Source: an uncultured Gammaproteobacteria bacterium (lineage in GTDB: Bacteria; Patescibacteriota; Patescibacteriia; Magasanikbacterales; UBA922). Taken from it: 64,000 nt of DNA. The position numbers and the translations under genes were made by a program. Under the pieces are notes generated by a model. It ran no database searches. It was not told the origin of the DNA and saw nothing but the letters and a program-made list of their open reading frames with translations. This document shows positions 40,161 to 49,525 of this stretch, piece after piece; position 1 is the stretch's first letter, and the number at the start of each line of letters is the position of its first letter. Location of the stretch: positions 44,215-108,214 of the forward strand of contig CAYFPM010000001.1 of NCBI GenBank assembly GCA_964345045.1, read 5' to 3'.

Positions 40161-41180
40161 ATGATAAAGGCTATGAAAGCTATAATTTGTCAAAATAAAA
40201 CTCTTTGGGAGGGGGGACAGACTCCGGGGCAAAACTCTTCTTTTTTGCAGTCTTGGGAGTGGGGAGAATTTCAAAAGTCTGTAGGAATTGCTCCAATTAG
40301 AATTCAGGTTCTGGAGGATAAAGATGTAAAAGTACAAATTCAAGGATTTTCTTACAAAATTTTGCCAGGGATAAATTATTTTTATGCAGCAAGAGTCCCA
40401 GATCTTGAAGAAGAATTTTTTGGGGCAATATTAGATTTTCTAAAAGATGAAGGTTTTACATTTGTCAGAATAGAGCCAAACAAAGAACTACTAACTACTA
40501 ACTACTCACTACTCACTACTAAGAATCGTCAGCCGCAGGATACTTTGGTACTAAACCTAAAAAGCGACAATGAAACTTTGCTTTCTGAAATGCACAGCAA
40601 AACCAGATATAATATTCGCTTGGCCGAAAAAAAAGGAGTGATTGTAAAACAAGAAAAAAATATAGAAAATTTTTGGAAGCTAAACCAAGAAACAACGGGG
40701 AGAGATCAATTCAAAAGTCACGACAAAAATTATTACGAAAAAATGTTGGAACTAGAAAATTGTTTTCAACTAACAGCTTATTTTGAGGATAAACCAATCG
40801 CTTCTAATATTTTTATTAATTTTGATAAAACTTTTACTTATTTGCACGGGACTTCTGGCAACCAATTTAGAAATTTGATGGCGCCGTATTTGTTGCAATG
40901 GCGAGGAATTGAATTGGCCAAAAGTCTTGCTTGTGAAAAATATGATTTTTGGGGGGTAGCCCCGTCAAAGAACAAGAAACAAGAAACAAGAAACAAAATT
41001 ATTGAAACTAGTTTCCACAATTACAGTTGGAATGTGAATCATAAGTGGACTGGGATTACTAGGTTCAAAGCGGGTTTTGGTGGTATACCGGTTTCTTATG
41101 GAGAAGCGCGAGATATTATTTTGAACAGTTGGAAGTATAGTTTATTTAATTTTTTGAAAAAGCTTAAGGAAAGTTTATAG
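40161..41180 (+). CDS. FemAB-family peptidoglycan aminoacyltransferase
   Basis: SFLQSWEWGEFQK start, GNAT-like duplicated fold length; contains two short tandem-repeat insertions. Confidence 0.65.
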   Translation: MIKAMKAIICQNKTLWEGGQTPGQNSSFLQSWEWGEFQKSVGIAPIRIQVLEDKDVKVQIQGFSYKILPGINYFYAARVPDLEEEFFGAILDFLKDEGFTFVRIEPNKELLTTNYSLLTTKNRQPQDTLVLNLKSDNETLLSEMHSKTRYNIRLAEKKGVIVKQEKNIENFWKLNQETTGRDQFKSHDKNYYEKMLELENCFQLTAYFEDKPIASNIFINFDKTFTYLHGTSGNQFRNLMAPYLLQWRGIELAKSLACEKYDFWGVAPSKNKKQETRNKIIETSFHNYSWNVNHKWTGITRFKAGFGGIPVSYGEARDIILNSWKYSLFNFLKKLKESL

Positions 41181-41250
41181 TTAGTAGTTTGTAGTGAGTA
41201 GATTTTTATTTACTACTAACTACAACCTATAAACTACTAACTATAAAAAT

Positions 41251-41796
41251 ATGCAAAAACAAGATTGGAAATTACTAGAAACAAAAGAAGTTTTTGATGG
41301 GCCTCATGGTTCTAGAATTGAAAATTGGAAAATGTCTACGCATCATGGTAAAGAGAAAGATTTTACAATTCGGATTGGTAAAGATTTTATAATTTTGTTT
41401 GCCCTAACAGAAAACAAAGAAGTGGTTGTAGTCCATGAATATTTTCCAGCCAATCAAAAAAGATTAGCTTCTTTGGTTGGGGGGATTGTTGATCCGGGAG
41501 AAACACATAGAAGCACTGCCGAAAAAGAGCTTTTGGAAGAATCCGGTTATACTGCCAAAGAGTTTGTACATTTAGGAGCTTTGTCTCGTGGCAAATATAA
41601 TAGCGGGATTATGCATAGTTACTTGGCAATTGATGCCAAAAAGATACAAGAGCAAAATTTGGAAGAAGAGGAAGATATTGAAATAGAAATTATGACAATA
41701 GAAAAGTTTAGAAAGTTTTTGGCAGAAGGGAATATAGAATGTGTATTTGAAGTGGCGACCTGTTATCAAGCCCTAGATTATTTAGGTTATTTATAA
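41251..41796 (+). CDS. NUDIX hydrolase
   Basis: Nudix box GGIVDPGETHRSTAEKELLEESGY. Confidence 0.8.
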   Translation: MQKQDWKLLETKEVFDGPHGSRIENWKMSTHHGKEKDFTIRIGKDFIILFALTENKEVVVVHEYFPANQKRLASLVGGIVDPGETHRSTAEKELLEESGYTAKEFVHLGALSRGKYNSGIMHSYLAIDAKKIQEQNLEEEEDIEIEIMTIEKFRKFLAEGNIECVFEVATCYQALDYLGYL

Positions 41797-41798
41797 GT

Positions 41799-41878
41799 CA
41801 GTCATTGCGAGGAACGAGGTCCCAGTGACGTAGCAATCTCTAATACAGATTATGAGAGATTGCGACGGTCGCAATGAC
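41799..41878. repeat. nested-inverted-repeat MITE-like element, copy 1
   Basis: outer IR gtcattgcga...tcgcaatgac, inner IR gcaatctct...agagattgc, shared core cgaggaacgaggtcccagtgacg with copy at 55759-55859. Confidence 0.6.
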
Positions 41879-41892
41879 AGAAATAAATAAGT

Positions 41893-42447
41893 ATGAAGTT
41901 AAGTTGGAGTCACAAATTATTTTTACGCATAAATAATCAGGTTGGCAAAAGACGTTGGCTAGATTTGTTTATGATTTTTTGTGCTAGATGGTTGATTTAT
42001 ATACTTTTGGTACCGTTGTTATATTTTGGTTGGGTAACATCAATATTGGCATACAAAAATACAGAAACCACTTTTTCATATACAGTTTTACTAACAATTT
42101 TTGGAGTATTTTTTTTAAGTTATATTATTAGTCTTATACTTGGAATTATTTTAAAAAAGAAAAGGCCGGTTAGAGAATTACCAAATATAAAAACTTTGGT
42201 CCCTACACTGGCTACTTGGAAATCTTTTCCATCGGACCATACTATGTTTTCTTTTTTAATGGCTTATTTCTTTTTTTTCTTTAATGGAGGTTTTTCTATA
42301 TGGTTTGTGTCTTACTTTTTTCTTGCTAGCTTGGTGGCAGTTGGCAGAGTCTATACAGGAGTACATTATCCTAGAGATATCCTAGGAGGATTCTCTTTAG
42401 CTTCTCTAGCTTTTTTGTGCTACTATTTATTGATTACCATTTATTAA
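41893..42447 (+). CDS. PAP2 family membrane phosphatase (undecaprenyl-diphosphatase-like)
   Basis: PSDHT...GRVYTGVHYPRDILGG PAP2 motifs, multi-TM. Confidence 0.75.
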   Translation: MKLSWSHKLFLRINNQVGKRRWLDLFMIFCARWLIYILLVPLLYFGWVTSILAYKNTETTFSYTVLLTIFGVFFLSYIISLILGIILKKKRPVRELPNIKTLVPTLATWKSFPSDHTMFSFLMAYFFFFFNGGFSIWFVSYFFLASLVAVGRVYTGVHYPRDILGGFSLASLAFLCYYLLITIY

Positions 42448-42456
42448 TTATTCGTT

Positions 42457-43149
42457 ATGAACGCTATTATTCTTTGTGGGGGATTATCTACCAGATTGGG
42501 AGACATTACCAAAAGCATCCCTAAGATATTGCTAGATGTGGGTGACAGAAAAATTTTGGATTGGCAATTGGAAAAATTAAAAAGTACAGGTGTTACTACC
42601 GTTGTACTAGCTGCTGGGCATTTGGCCGAAGTTTTACGAGAAGAAGTTGGAGAAGAAAGAAATGGTATAAAAATGATTTATGCTGTAGAAGACAAAAAAT
42701 TGGGGACAGGTGGAGCTATCAAACACGCCATGGAATTTGTAGAAAACAAAAACGAGCCAACTATAATTTTGAATGGAGATATTTTGACAACAGTTGATTT
42801 GAAAGACATGTCCAGTTATCTAAAGCCAGAATCAGATGGAATTATTTTGGCCAGTTATGCTAGTGATGTAGCAAGTTATGGCACTTTGGAATACAATTCA
42901 GATTATCATCTAAAATCTTTTAAAGAAAAAGAAGGTTTGCATAAACCAGGTTACCAAAATGGTGGTATTTATATTTTTAATCAAAGTGTAAAAAAATATT
43001 TTCCACCTAGGGATACTTTTAGTATTGAGTACGATGTTTTTCCACATATGAAAGACTTGTATGTTTACGAGTCGGATAGAGATTGGATAGATGTAGGTGT
43101 GCCAGATAGATTGGAATGGGCTAGAGAAAATTGGGAAGTGTTTAAATAG
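42457..43149 (+). CDS. sugar-1-phosphate nucleotidyltransferase
   Basis: MNAIILCGGLSTRLGDITKSIPKILL N-terminal NTP_transferase signature. Confidence 0.8.
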   Translation: MNAIILCGGLSTRLGDITKSIPKILLDVGDRKILDWQLEKLKSTGVTTVVLAAGHLAEVLREEVGEERNGIKMIYAVEDKKLGTGGAIKHAMEFVENKNEPTIILNGDILTTVDLKDMSSYLKPESDGIILASYASDVASYGTLEYNSDYHLKSFKEKEGLHKPGYQNGGIYIFNQSVKKYFPPRDTFSIEYDVFPHMKDLYVYESDRDWIDVGVPDRLEWARENWEVFK

Positions 43150-43206
43150 TTCATGGCCAATAGCCAATGGCTAATAGTTATTGGTTCTTAGTTTTTATAT
43201 TATTTT

Positions 43207-44253
43207 ATGAATCAAAATTTATACAAATTAATTGGCGCGTTATTTTTGGTACTAATTTTGGCAGTACCGTTTTATTTTTATATTAGTATTTTTTCAAATA
43301 GTACTAGTGAAGAACAAATAAATTTTGAAGTAAAAAAAGGGGAGTCTGTTTCGGAACTATCAATAAGGCTAGAAGAACAAGGAGTAATAAAAAATGCTAA
43401 TTTATTTAGCAAATACGTTGCTTTTAAAAAATTAGATAGACAAGTACAAGCTGGAAATTTTGTAGTAGATCCGCCAGTAACTATTGCCAACGTAGCCAAA
43501 TCCCTAAAACAAAGAGCCGAGCAAGAAGAAAGATCTATAACAATAATTCCAGGTTGGGGTCTGCACGACATTGCAGCTTACTTTGCCAAAGAAAATATTG
43601 CCAAAGAAAAAGAAACTTATTCGCTGCTAGGTGAGCCGGCCAAAAAACCAACTATCCCAAAAATAAAAGCTTTGTCTAATTTGGATTTAAAAGTTTTGAA
43701 AGATAAACCGGTTGGAATTAGCTACGAAGGTTACTTGGCACCAGATACATACCGTATTTTTACCAATGCGACTTACCAAGAAATTTTGGAAAAACTAATA
43801 AAAGAAAGAGACAAACAGTTTACAGAAGAAATGTATGCCGATATAAAGAAATCAGGTAGAAGTGTTCACGAAATATTAACTATGGCAAGCATTGTCGAAA
43901 GAGAAGTAAGAGGCAAAAGAGACAAAGCCAAAGTTGCTGATTTGTTTTGGCGCCGTTATGACAGTGGTTGGGGATTGCAGGCAGACTCTACCGTGCATTA
44001 TATAGCTGGCAACAAAGATGGGGATTTTTTTACAACTAGCAAAGAGAGAGATATAGATAGCGAGTGGAATACATACAAATATGCCGGGCTCCCCCCAGGA
44101 CCTATTTCTAACCCAAGCTTAGAATCAATCATGGCAACTGTTTATCCAGAGCCAAATGAGTTTTGGTATTTTCTTACCACCTTTGATGGAGTGGTTAAAT
44201 ACGGCAGAAATTTAGACGAGCATAATGCCAATGTACAAAGATATCTACGCTAG
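43207..44253 (+). CDS. mltG: endolytic murein transglycosylase MltG (YceG-like)
   Basis: N-terminal TM, LAPDTYRIF and SIVEREV motifs. Confidence 0.75.
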   Translation: MNQNLYKLIGALFLVLILAVPFYFYISIFSNSTSEEQINFEVKKGESVSELSIRLEEQGVIKNANLFSKYVAFKKLDRQVQAGNFVVDPPVTIANVAKSLKQRAEQEERSITIIPGWGLHDIAAYFAKENIAKEKETYSLLGEPAKKPTIPKIKALSNLDLKVLKDKPVGISYEGYLAPDTYRIFTNATYQEILEKLIKERDKQFTEEMYADIKKSGRSVHEILTMASIVEREVRGKRDKAKVADLFWRRYDSGWGLQADSTVHYIAGNKDGDFFTTSKERDIDSEWNTYKYAGLPPGPISNPSLESIMATVYPEPNEFWYFLTTFDGVVKYGRNLDEHNANVQRYLR

Positions 44254-44340
44254 ATTATGTTGACAAAAAAGGTTTTTTAGAGTAAAAAAGTGCTTCGGCA
44301 TTTTTTTTGATAGAAAAGTATTTTGCTGTAAAATAAAATT

Positions 44341-45156
44341 ATGTTTAAGCCCAAAAATTTTAATTTATTCTGCTTAGCTTTTTCGGCTTTTTTTGTCTTG
44401 GGAATTTTTTGGCAGTGGCGGAGTGTGTTTGCGGTTGAGAAGGTTGTAGATGATGTAGTTGTTGAAACTGGTGTATTTGTTGAGAAAGAAGTTAAAAAAA
44501 AGGCAGAAAACGAAAAGCGAAGAGCTGAAAGCTCTAATAATTTAAAAGAAAGCCTGAAAGAAGAATCGCTTTCTGCTAAAGAACTGCCAGAGAAAGTCAA
44601 TCTAGGTGTGCCATTTACTAGCCAGGCACCAGAGAAAAATTGGGAACAGCCTTGGCAAGATGCTTGCGAAGAAGCTGCCCTACTTATGCTAGATGCTTAT
44701 TACAAAGGTTACGGGGTTAGTCCGTTATTTGCTCGTGACGAAATAATAAAAATGGTAGATTGGCAAGATGGTTTGGAATGGGGGGATAGTATTTCGATCG
44801 AAAGAGTTAAAAAAATGGCCGAAGATTTTGTTAATCTAAAAATAAAAAATAAAAAATTAGTTGTTGTAAAAGATCCAACTGTAGAAGAAATAAAAGTATT
44901 TTTGGCAGCTGGCGACCCGGTATATGTAGTGGCCGATGGTCACAAGCTTCCCAACCCTTATTTTAGTGGAGAGGGGCCAGAATACCATGCTTTGATTATA
45001 AAAGGTTATAATAAAGATTCGTTTATTACCAATGATCCAGGTACCTGGCGTGGAGAAAATTTTGAGTATAAATTTGATGATCTTATGAATGCTATTCACG
45101 ATTGGAATGGTGGTGATGTAGAAAATGGTGATAGAGTAATAATGGTAGCTAAATAA
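44341..45156 (+). CDS. secreted peptidase_C39-like (papain-fold) domain protein
   Basis: signal/TM then QDACEEAALLMLDAYYKG..Cys, ..HALIIKGYN.. His region. Confidence 0.5.
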   Translation: MFKPKNFNLFCLAFSAFFVLGIFWQWRSVFAVEKVVDDVVVETGVFVEKEVKKKAENEKRRAESSNNLKESLKEESLSAKELPEKVNLGVPFTSQAPEKNWEQPWQDACEEAALLMLDAYYKGYGVSPLFARDEIIKMVDWQDGLEWGDSISIERVKKMAEDFVNLKIKNKKLVVVKDPTVEEIKVFLAAGDPVYVVADGHKLPNPYFSGEGPEYHALIIKGYNKDSFITNDPGTWRGENFEYKFDDLMNAIHDWNGGDVENGDRVIMVAK

Positions 45157-45160
45157 AATT

Positions 45161-46294
45161 ATGAAAACAATAGATTTTGATTATAATTTACCAACAGAGT
45201 TAATTGCTCAAAAAAGTGTGGAACCAAGAGACCATTCTAGGTTAATGCTGGTCGATAAAAAAAATAAAAAAATTGAACACAAAAAATTTTTTGATATTGT
45301 AGATTATTTTAATAAAGGAGATCTAGTAGTGTGGAATAATTCCAAAGTTTTCAAAGCCAGACTACTTGGTAAGCTGGTTTCGGATAATAATGAAGAATTG
45401 AGAGATCACAAAAAACCAATGGAAATTTTTCTTGTTCGTCCCATGGAAAACTATGGTGTATGGCAAGCACTGGCCAAACCAGGCAAGCATGCCAGACCCG
45501 GCACCAAGATTCATTTTGCCAGTGGTTTTGATGCCGAGGTAGTAGTAAAGAAAAGAGATGGGACTATCTTAATCCAGTTTGATTATGATGCGGATAAAGT
45601 TCGTGAACTAGCAAATAGACATGGACACATTCCAATTCCGCCGTATGTAAAAGACGAACCGCACGAGCTAGAGATGTACCAAACCAGTTATGCCAGTCTA
45701 GACAAAGAAGGTTCGGTAGCCGCCCCTACAGCCGGCTTTCACTTTACTCCGGAATTAATTGAGAAGCTAAAAGCCAAGGGCGTAGAATTTGCCGAGGTGA
45801 CGCTACATGTGGGGTTAGGGACATTCTTACCAGTGAAGTCTGAGCGAATTGAAGACCACACTATGCACAGCGAGTGGGTAGAGCTAAGCAGTGAGACTGC
45901 CGAGAAGATAAATAAGGCCAAGAGTGAGGGTAGGAGAGTAGTGGCCGTGGGGACGACTACGGTGAGGACGCTAGAGGGGATTGCGAAATTTTCTCTCCCC
46001 CTAAGAGGGGGAGCTGGAGGGGGTCCGGATTCAGATAGACCCCCCTTTGTCCCCCCTGATAGGGGGGAGGTTGTCCGGCCCTACGTGGGAGACATCAACC
46101 TCTTCATCACTCCTGGTTTTGAGTTTCGGGTGATTGACGCCATGATTACCAATTTCCACCTGCCAAAATCTACCTTGCTAATGTTGGTAGCTGCTTTTGT
46201 GGGGGACAGGGAGTTTACTTTGGATTTTTATAATAAAGCAGTAGAAGAAAGATATAGATTTTTTAGTTTTGGTGATGGGATGTTTATTTATTAG
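45161..46294 (+). CDS. queA: S-adenosylmethionine:tRNA ribosyltransferase-isomerase, with in-frame GC-rich insertion
   Basis: MKTIDFDYNLPTELIAQ..PRD..RLM and ITNFHLPKSTLLMLVAAF; extra Pro/Gly-rich segment LPLRGGAGGGPDSDRPPFVPPDRGEVVRP. Confidence 0.85.
   Translation: MKTIDFDYNLPTELIAQKSVEPRDHSRLMLVDKKNKKIEHKKFFDIVDYFNKGDLVVWNNSKVFKARLLGKLVSDNNEELRDHKKPMEIFLVRPMENYGVWQALAKPGKHARPGTKIHFASGFDAEVVVKKRDGTILIQFDYDADKVRELANRHGHIPIPPYVKDEPHELEMYQTSYASLDKEGSVAAPTAGFHFTPELIEKLKAKGVEFAEVTLHVGLGTFLPVKSERIEDHTMHSEWVELSSETAEKINKAKSEGRRVVAVGTTTVRTLEGIAKFSLPLRGGAGGGPDSDRPPFVPPDRGEVVRPYVGDINLFITPGFEFRVIDAMITNFHLPKSTLLMLVAAFVGDREFTLDFYNKAVEERYRFFSFGDGMFIY
45995..46070. repeat. composite GC-rich palindromic element inserted in frame in queA
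   Basis: ctccccctaagagggggag ctgg agggggtccggattcagatagacccc ... cccccctgataggggggagg; near-copy of 38156-38230. Confidence 0.75.
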
Positions 46295-46410
46295 AAAACA
46301 TTGATTCCACAGATTAATAAAAGATTGCACTGATTTAAAAGTGGATAATTCCCCTCTAAAATTTGGGTAATAAGGAGTTATAGTTTTTTTCGATTCATCA
46401 TTTTGATTTT

Positions 46411-46450
46411 AAAAACCGCTCCGATTTATGTCGGAGCGGTTTTGTTTTTG
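46411..46450 (+). terminator. intrinsic terminator after queA
   Basis: aaaaaccgctccga tttatg tcggagcggttttgtttttg. Confidence 0.75.
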
Positions 46451-46514
46451 AAGTAGGGACGACCGGAGACGAGGTTTGTTTCGCCTCCGGTCGTGGCGAG
46501 GCCGGCAGAGAAAA

Positions 46515-46688
46515 TCAGCCAGTGGTCTCACCCTCTTCGGGTGATATATGGCCGTCGGTCGAGGCATCTTCGCCTTCGCCAGCGTCCGGCTCGGCGTCAT
46601 CCTTGCGGAACTCGACTTCAGCTACCTGGGAAGCGGGTAGAGTCTTTTTCGGACCCCGTCCCTTTTCGAAGTGTACAGAACTCGCCAT
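46515..46688 (-). CDS. small (57 aa) acidic GC-rich hypothetical protein
   Basis: RBS aaagaagga upstream of ATG; MASSVHFEKGRGPKKTLPASQVAEVEFRKDDAEPDAGEGEDASTDGHISPEEGETTG; hairpin terminator 46455-46495. Confidence 0.3.
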   Translation of the reverse strand: MASSVHFEKGRGPKKTLPASQVAEVEFRKDDAEPDAGEGEDASTDGHISPEEGETTG

Positions 46689-46727
46689 TGGCGGTCCTTC
46701 TTTCACACTTAAAATTATCAAGTGGTG

Positions 46728-47399
46728 TTAATTTTGTAAAGATAGAGGATTAAAATTCGTATCTTTGTCGTAGTAATCTTCGTGTTCTACTTTTTTCATT
46801 TTGTTTACAACAGCGTAAGTCGCTGGAAGAAGTATTACTTCTACTCCAATTTTGAAAATATAGTTAGCTATCCATATAGCCCACAAAACAGAACTTGGCA
46901 AAATACCGGCAAAGGCTACCAACACAAAAATACTAGTATCTACAAATTGACCAACTACCGTAGAACCAATAGCACGTGCCCAAAAATTTTTTCCATTCAT
47001 TTTTACTTTCATTTTGGCCAGCACATAAGAGTTTAGAAATTCACCAGCCAAGTAGGCGAGTAAACTAGCCAAAACAATGCGAGGCACTACGCCCAAGACT
47101 CCCAAGAAAGCACTGTGAGAAACAATAGATTCGGCATGAGTTGGGAGCGCTCCAACGGCAGCAAAAGTAAGTACCATAAGCAAGTTCATAGTAAAACCAA
47201 TCCAGATCACACGACGAGCACGGGCATAGCCATACACTTCTGTTAGGATATCGCCAAAAATGTAGGCAAGTGGGAAGAGAATCATGCCACCATCAAAAGC
47301 CATAAAACCAAGGTCGACGGTTTTGATGCTAGTGATATTGGATAGAATTAGAACGACGGCGAAAGTTACGGTGACGAGATCGAGGTATTTGTATTTCAT
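46728..47399 (-). CDS. queuosine precursor transporter (YhhQ/DUF165 family)
   Basis: MKYKYLDLVTVTFAVVLILSNITSIK..FDGGMILFPLAYIFGDILTEVYGY. Confidence 0.75.
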   Translation of the reverse strand: MKYKYLDLVTVTFAVVLILSNITSIKTVDLGFMAFDGGMILFPLAYIFGDILTEVYGYARARRVIWIGFTMNLLMVLTFAAVGALPTHAESIVSHSAFLGVLGVVPRIVLASLLAYLAGEFLNSYVLAKMKVKMNGKNFWARAIGSTVVGQFVDTSIFVLVAFAGILPSSVLWAIWIANYIFKIGVEVILLPATYAVVNKMKKVEHEDYYDKDTNFNPLSLQN

Positions 47400-47560
47400 A
47401 GGTTGAGAGGCTGAAGAAGCTATAGAGGCTCGAGAGGCTTAAATTTTTAAATCAAGCATCTCAGGCCTTTTCGGCTTTTTTAGCATTTTTATTAAATAAA
47501 AAAAGACAAGACCTAACTTGCCTAATGTCACCTCGGCAGAGGATTGAAAAAAAGTATATA

Positions 47561-48856
47561 TTACATCCACTTTTTTTTCAAGTTTAAAAATTTGTTTTTT
47601 TCTATAGCTTCGCGCATTTCTTCCATAAGTTTGGTTAGGAAATGAAGATTGTGAATAGTGCCTAGTTTGTAAGCCAGCAATTCTTCGGCTTTGAAAAGGT
47701 GGTGCAAATAGCCTGCAGAAAAATTCTGGCAAGTATAGCAATCGCATTTTTTATCAATTGGTTTTTTGTCAGTTTTGAATTTGGCGTTTAGGATGTTGAT
47801 AGTATATTTTTTTCGTCTACCGAGTTGCCCCCCTCTCGCACTCGCTACGCTCGTGTCGTCTCCCCCTACAAGGGGGAGAGAATAAGGGCGTACATACAAG
47901 GTTCCGTTGCGGGCGATGCGAGTAGGCGAGACACAGTCAAACATATCAATCCCACGTTCGACTACCTCGAACAGGTCTAGTGGCGAGTGGCCTAGACCCA
48001 TGGTGTAGTGAGGTTTGTCTTCTGGAATGTGCGGCATAACCCAGTCTAAGATTTTTTTGGTAGCGGCCATGTTGTAGCCTATGCTCTCACCACCAATGGC
48101 AATGCCATCGAAATTTTGTTCGGAGATAAATTTGGCACTCTCGATCCTCATGTCCTTGTGCCCGGCGCCCTGCACAATACCAAATAGGAATTGTTTGTAG
48201 CCATGATATTTTTTATTTTTTTTATGAGCTTCGATAGACTCTATAGCCCAGCGGTGGGTTCTTTCTAGGGCTTCTTTAGTGTATTTCTCATCAGCCTTAT
48301 CTGGAGTACATTCGTCAAAAGCCATAATAATATCTGCTCCAATTTTGTGCTGAATATCTATAGAAGATTTGGGAGTGAATCTATGTTTCGATCCATCGAT
48401 ATGACTACGAAAATCTACTCCGTTTTCATCTATGCTTACGAGTTTGCTGTTGTTTGAAGCTTGTTTTTCCCCTTCGAATGACCCCCTCTGGCCTTCGGCC
48501 ATCTCCCCCTTGTAGGGGGAGAGATTTTTTCTTTCTTTCATCTCCATTTGTTTCCCGAGGGAGAAAACTTGGAATCCACCAGAGTCAGTCAAGATTGGAC
48601 CATCCCAGCCCATAAATTTGTGTAGTCCTCCAAACTTGGCAACGAGGTCTTCGCCTGGTTGCAAATGCAAATGATAAGTATTTCCGAGAATTATCTGCGC
48701 ATCTAGAGCTTGCAATTCATTAGGATCAAGAGATTTTACAGTGGCCTTGGTTCCCACTGGCATAAAACACGGAGTTTGGATTTCACCGTGATCAGTTTTT
48801 ATTACCCCAGTGCGGGCATTGGTTTTTTTATCTTTGTGTTTTATTTCGAAAAACAT
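47561..48856 (-). CDS. tgt: queuine tRNA-ribosyltransferase with two in-frame GC-rich insertions
   Basis: GVIKTDHGEIQTPCFMPVGT, DSGGFQV, CDCYTC zinc site; insertions of about 35 and 27 aa relative to canonical Tgt. Confidence 0.88.
   Translation of the reverse strand: MFFEIKHKDKKTNARTGVIKTDHGEIQTPCFMPVGTKATVKSLDPNELQALDAQIILGNTYHLHLQPGEDLVAKFGGLHKFMGWDGPILTDSGGFQVFSLGKQMEMKERKNLSPYKGEMAEGQRGSFEGEKQASNNSKLVSIDENGVDFRSHIDGSKHRFTPKSSIDIQHKIGADIIMAFDECTPDKADEKYTKEALERTHRWAIESIEAHKKNKKYHGYKQFLFGIVQGAGHKDMRIESAKFISEQNFDGIAIGGESIGYNMAATKKILDWVMPHIPEDKPHYTMGLGHSPLDLFEVVERGIDMFDCVSPTRIARNGTLYVRPYSLPLVGGDDTSVASARGGQLGRRKKYTINILNAKFKTDKKPIDKKCDCYTCQNFSAGYLHHLFKAEELLAYKLGTIHNLHFLTKLMEEMREAIEKNKFLNLKKKWM
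47826..47885. repeat. GC-rich palindromic element (core ctccccctacaagggggagag) in frame within tgt
   Basis: core hairpin CTCCCCCT-ACAA-GGGGGAG; encodes Pro/Gly/Arg-rich insertion. Confidence 0.7.
48478..48530. repeat. GC-rich palindromic element (core ctcccccttgtagggggagag) in frame within tgt, inverted relative to 47860 copy
   Basis: reverse complement of the 47860-47880 core; preceded by ggccttcggcc hairpin. Confidence 0.7.
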
Positions 48857-48984
48857 TTTAATAGGGAATATTGAGTAGGGTGTAGGCAGTAGTTTATTTT
48901 TATGATTTGATATTAACGTTTTTTGCTGCTTTGTTCAAGGTTTGGTAGACTCTATTAGTATCAACAAACTAATTTATATTTTTT

Positions 48985-49446
48985 ATGAATTCACGAGAAA
49001 ATGGAGGATTTAATCCAGAGGATATTGTAAAACCAGATGATTTTAAAGATGGAGAGAAAACAACAGTAAATACAGGTCAAGTAGGAAATATCATGGAAAG
49101 ATTAAGGGAAAGATCTGGTGATCTTAAAGAAACTAGAAATATTGGTAATGGCAACCAGAATGGCAATGAGGAAAAATCTACTTTGGCAGTGGGAGAAGCT
49201 CTTAGACCTCGTACCAGCCAAGAAAAAGCTAGAGAGGAAAATAAAAGTAGATTAGATAGTGTGCTTGCAGCTGCTGGATGTGATTTTAGGTATAGTGTTT
49301 TGACAGGTTCATCGGACGAGGGATATGAGTTTAAAGTTTTTATAGATGTCAAAGCATATAGAGAAAATAATCCTTTACATACTTTTACTGGTGCTAGAAT
49401 TTCCGATATAGAAGCTTCAATTCATGCAAAATTTAGGGACGAATAA
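48985..49446 (+). CDS. hypothetical protein
   Basis: ORF only; Asn/Gly-rich low-complexity N-terminus. Confidence 0.3.
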   Translation: MNSRENGGFNPEDIVKPDDFKDGEKTTVNTGQVGNIMERLRERSGDLKETRNIGNGNQNGNEEKSTLAVGEALRPRTSQEKAREENKSRLDSVLAAAGCDFRYSVLTGSSDEGYEFKVFIDVKAYRENNPLHTFTGARISDIEASIHAKFRDE

Positions 49447-49525
49447 ATGATTAATTTTGAAAAAGAACTTAACAAAGAACCATGTACAACTCACTTCGTT
49501 CGTTTCCGTGGCAAGCAATTTCAAT

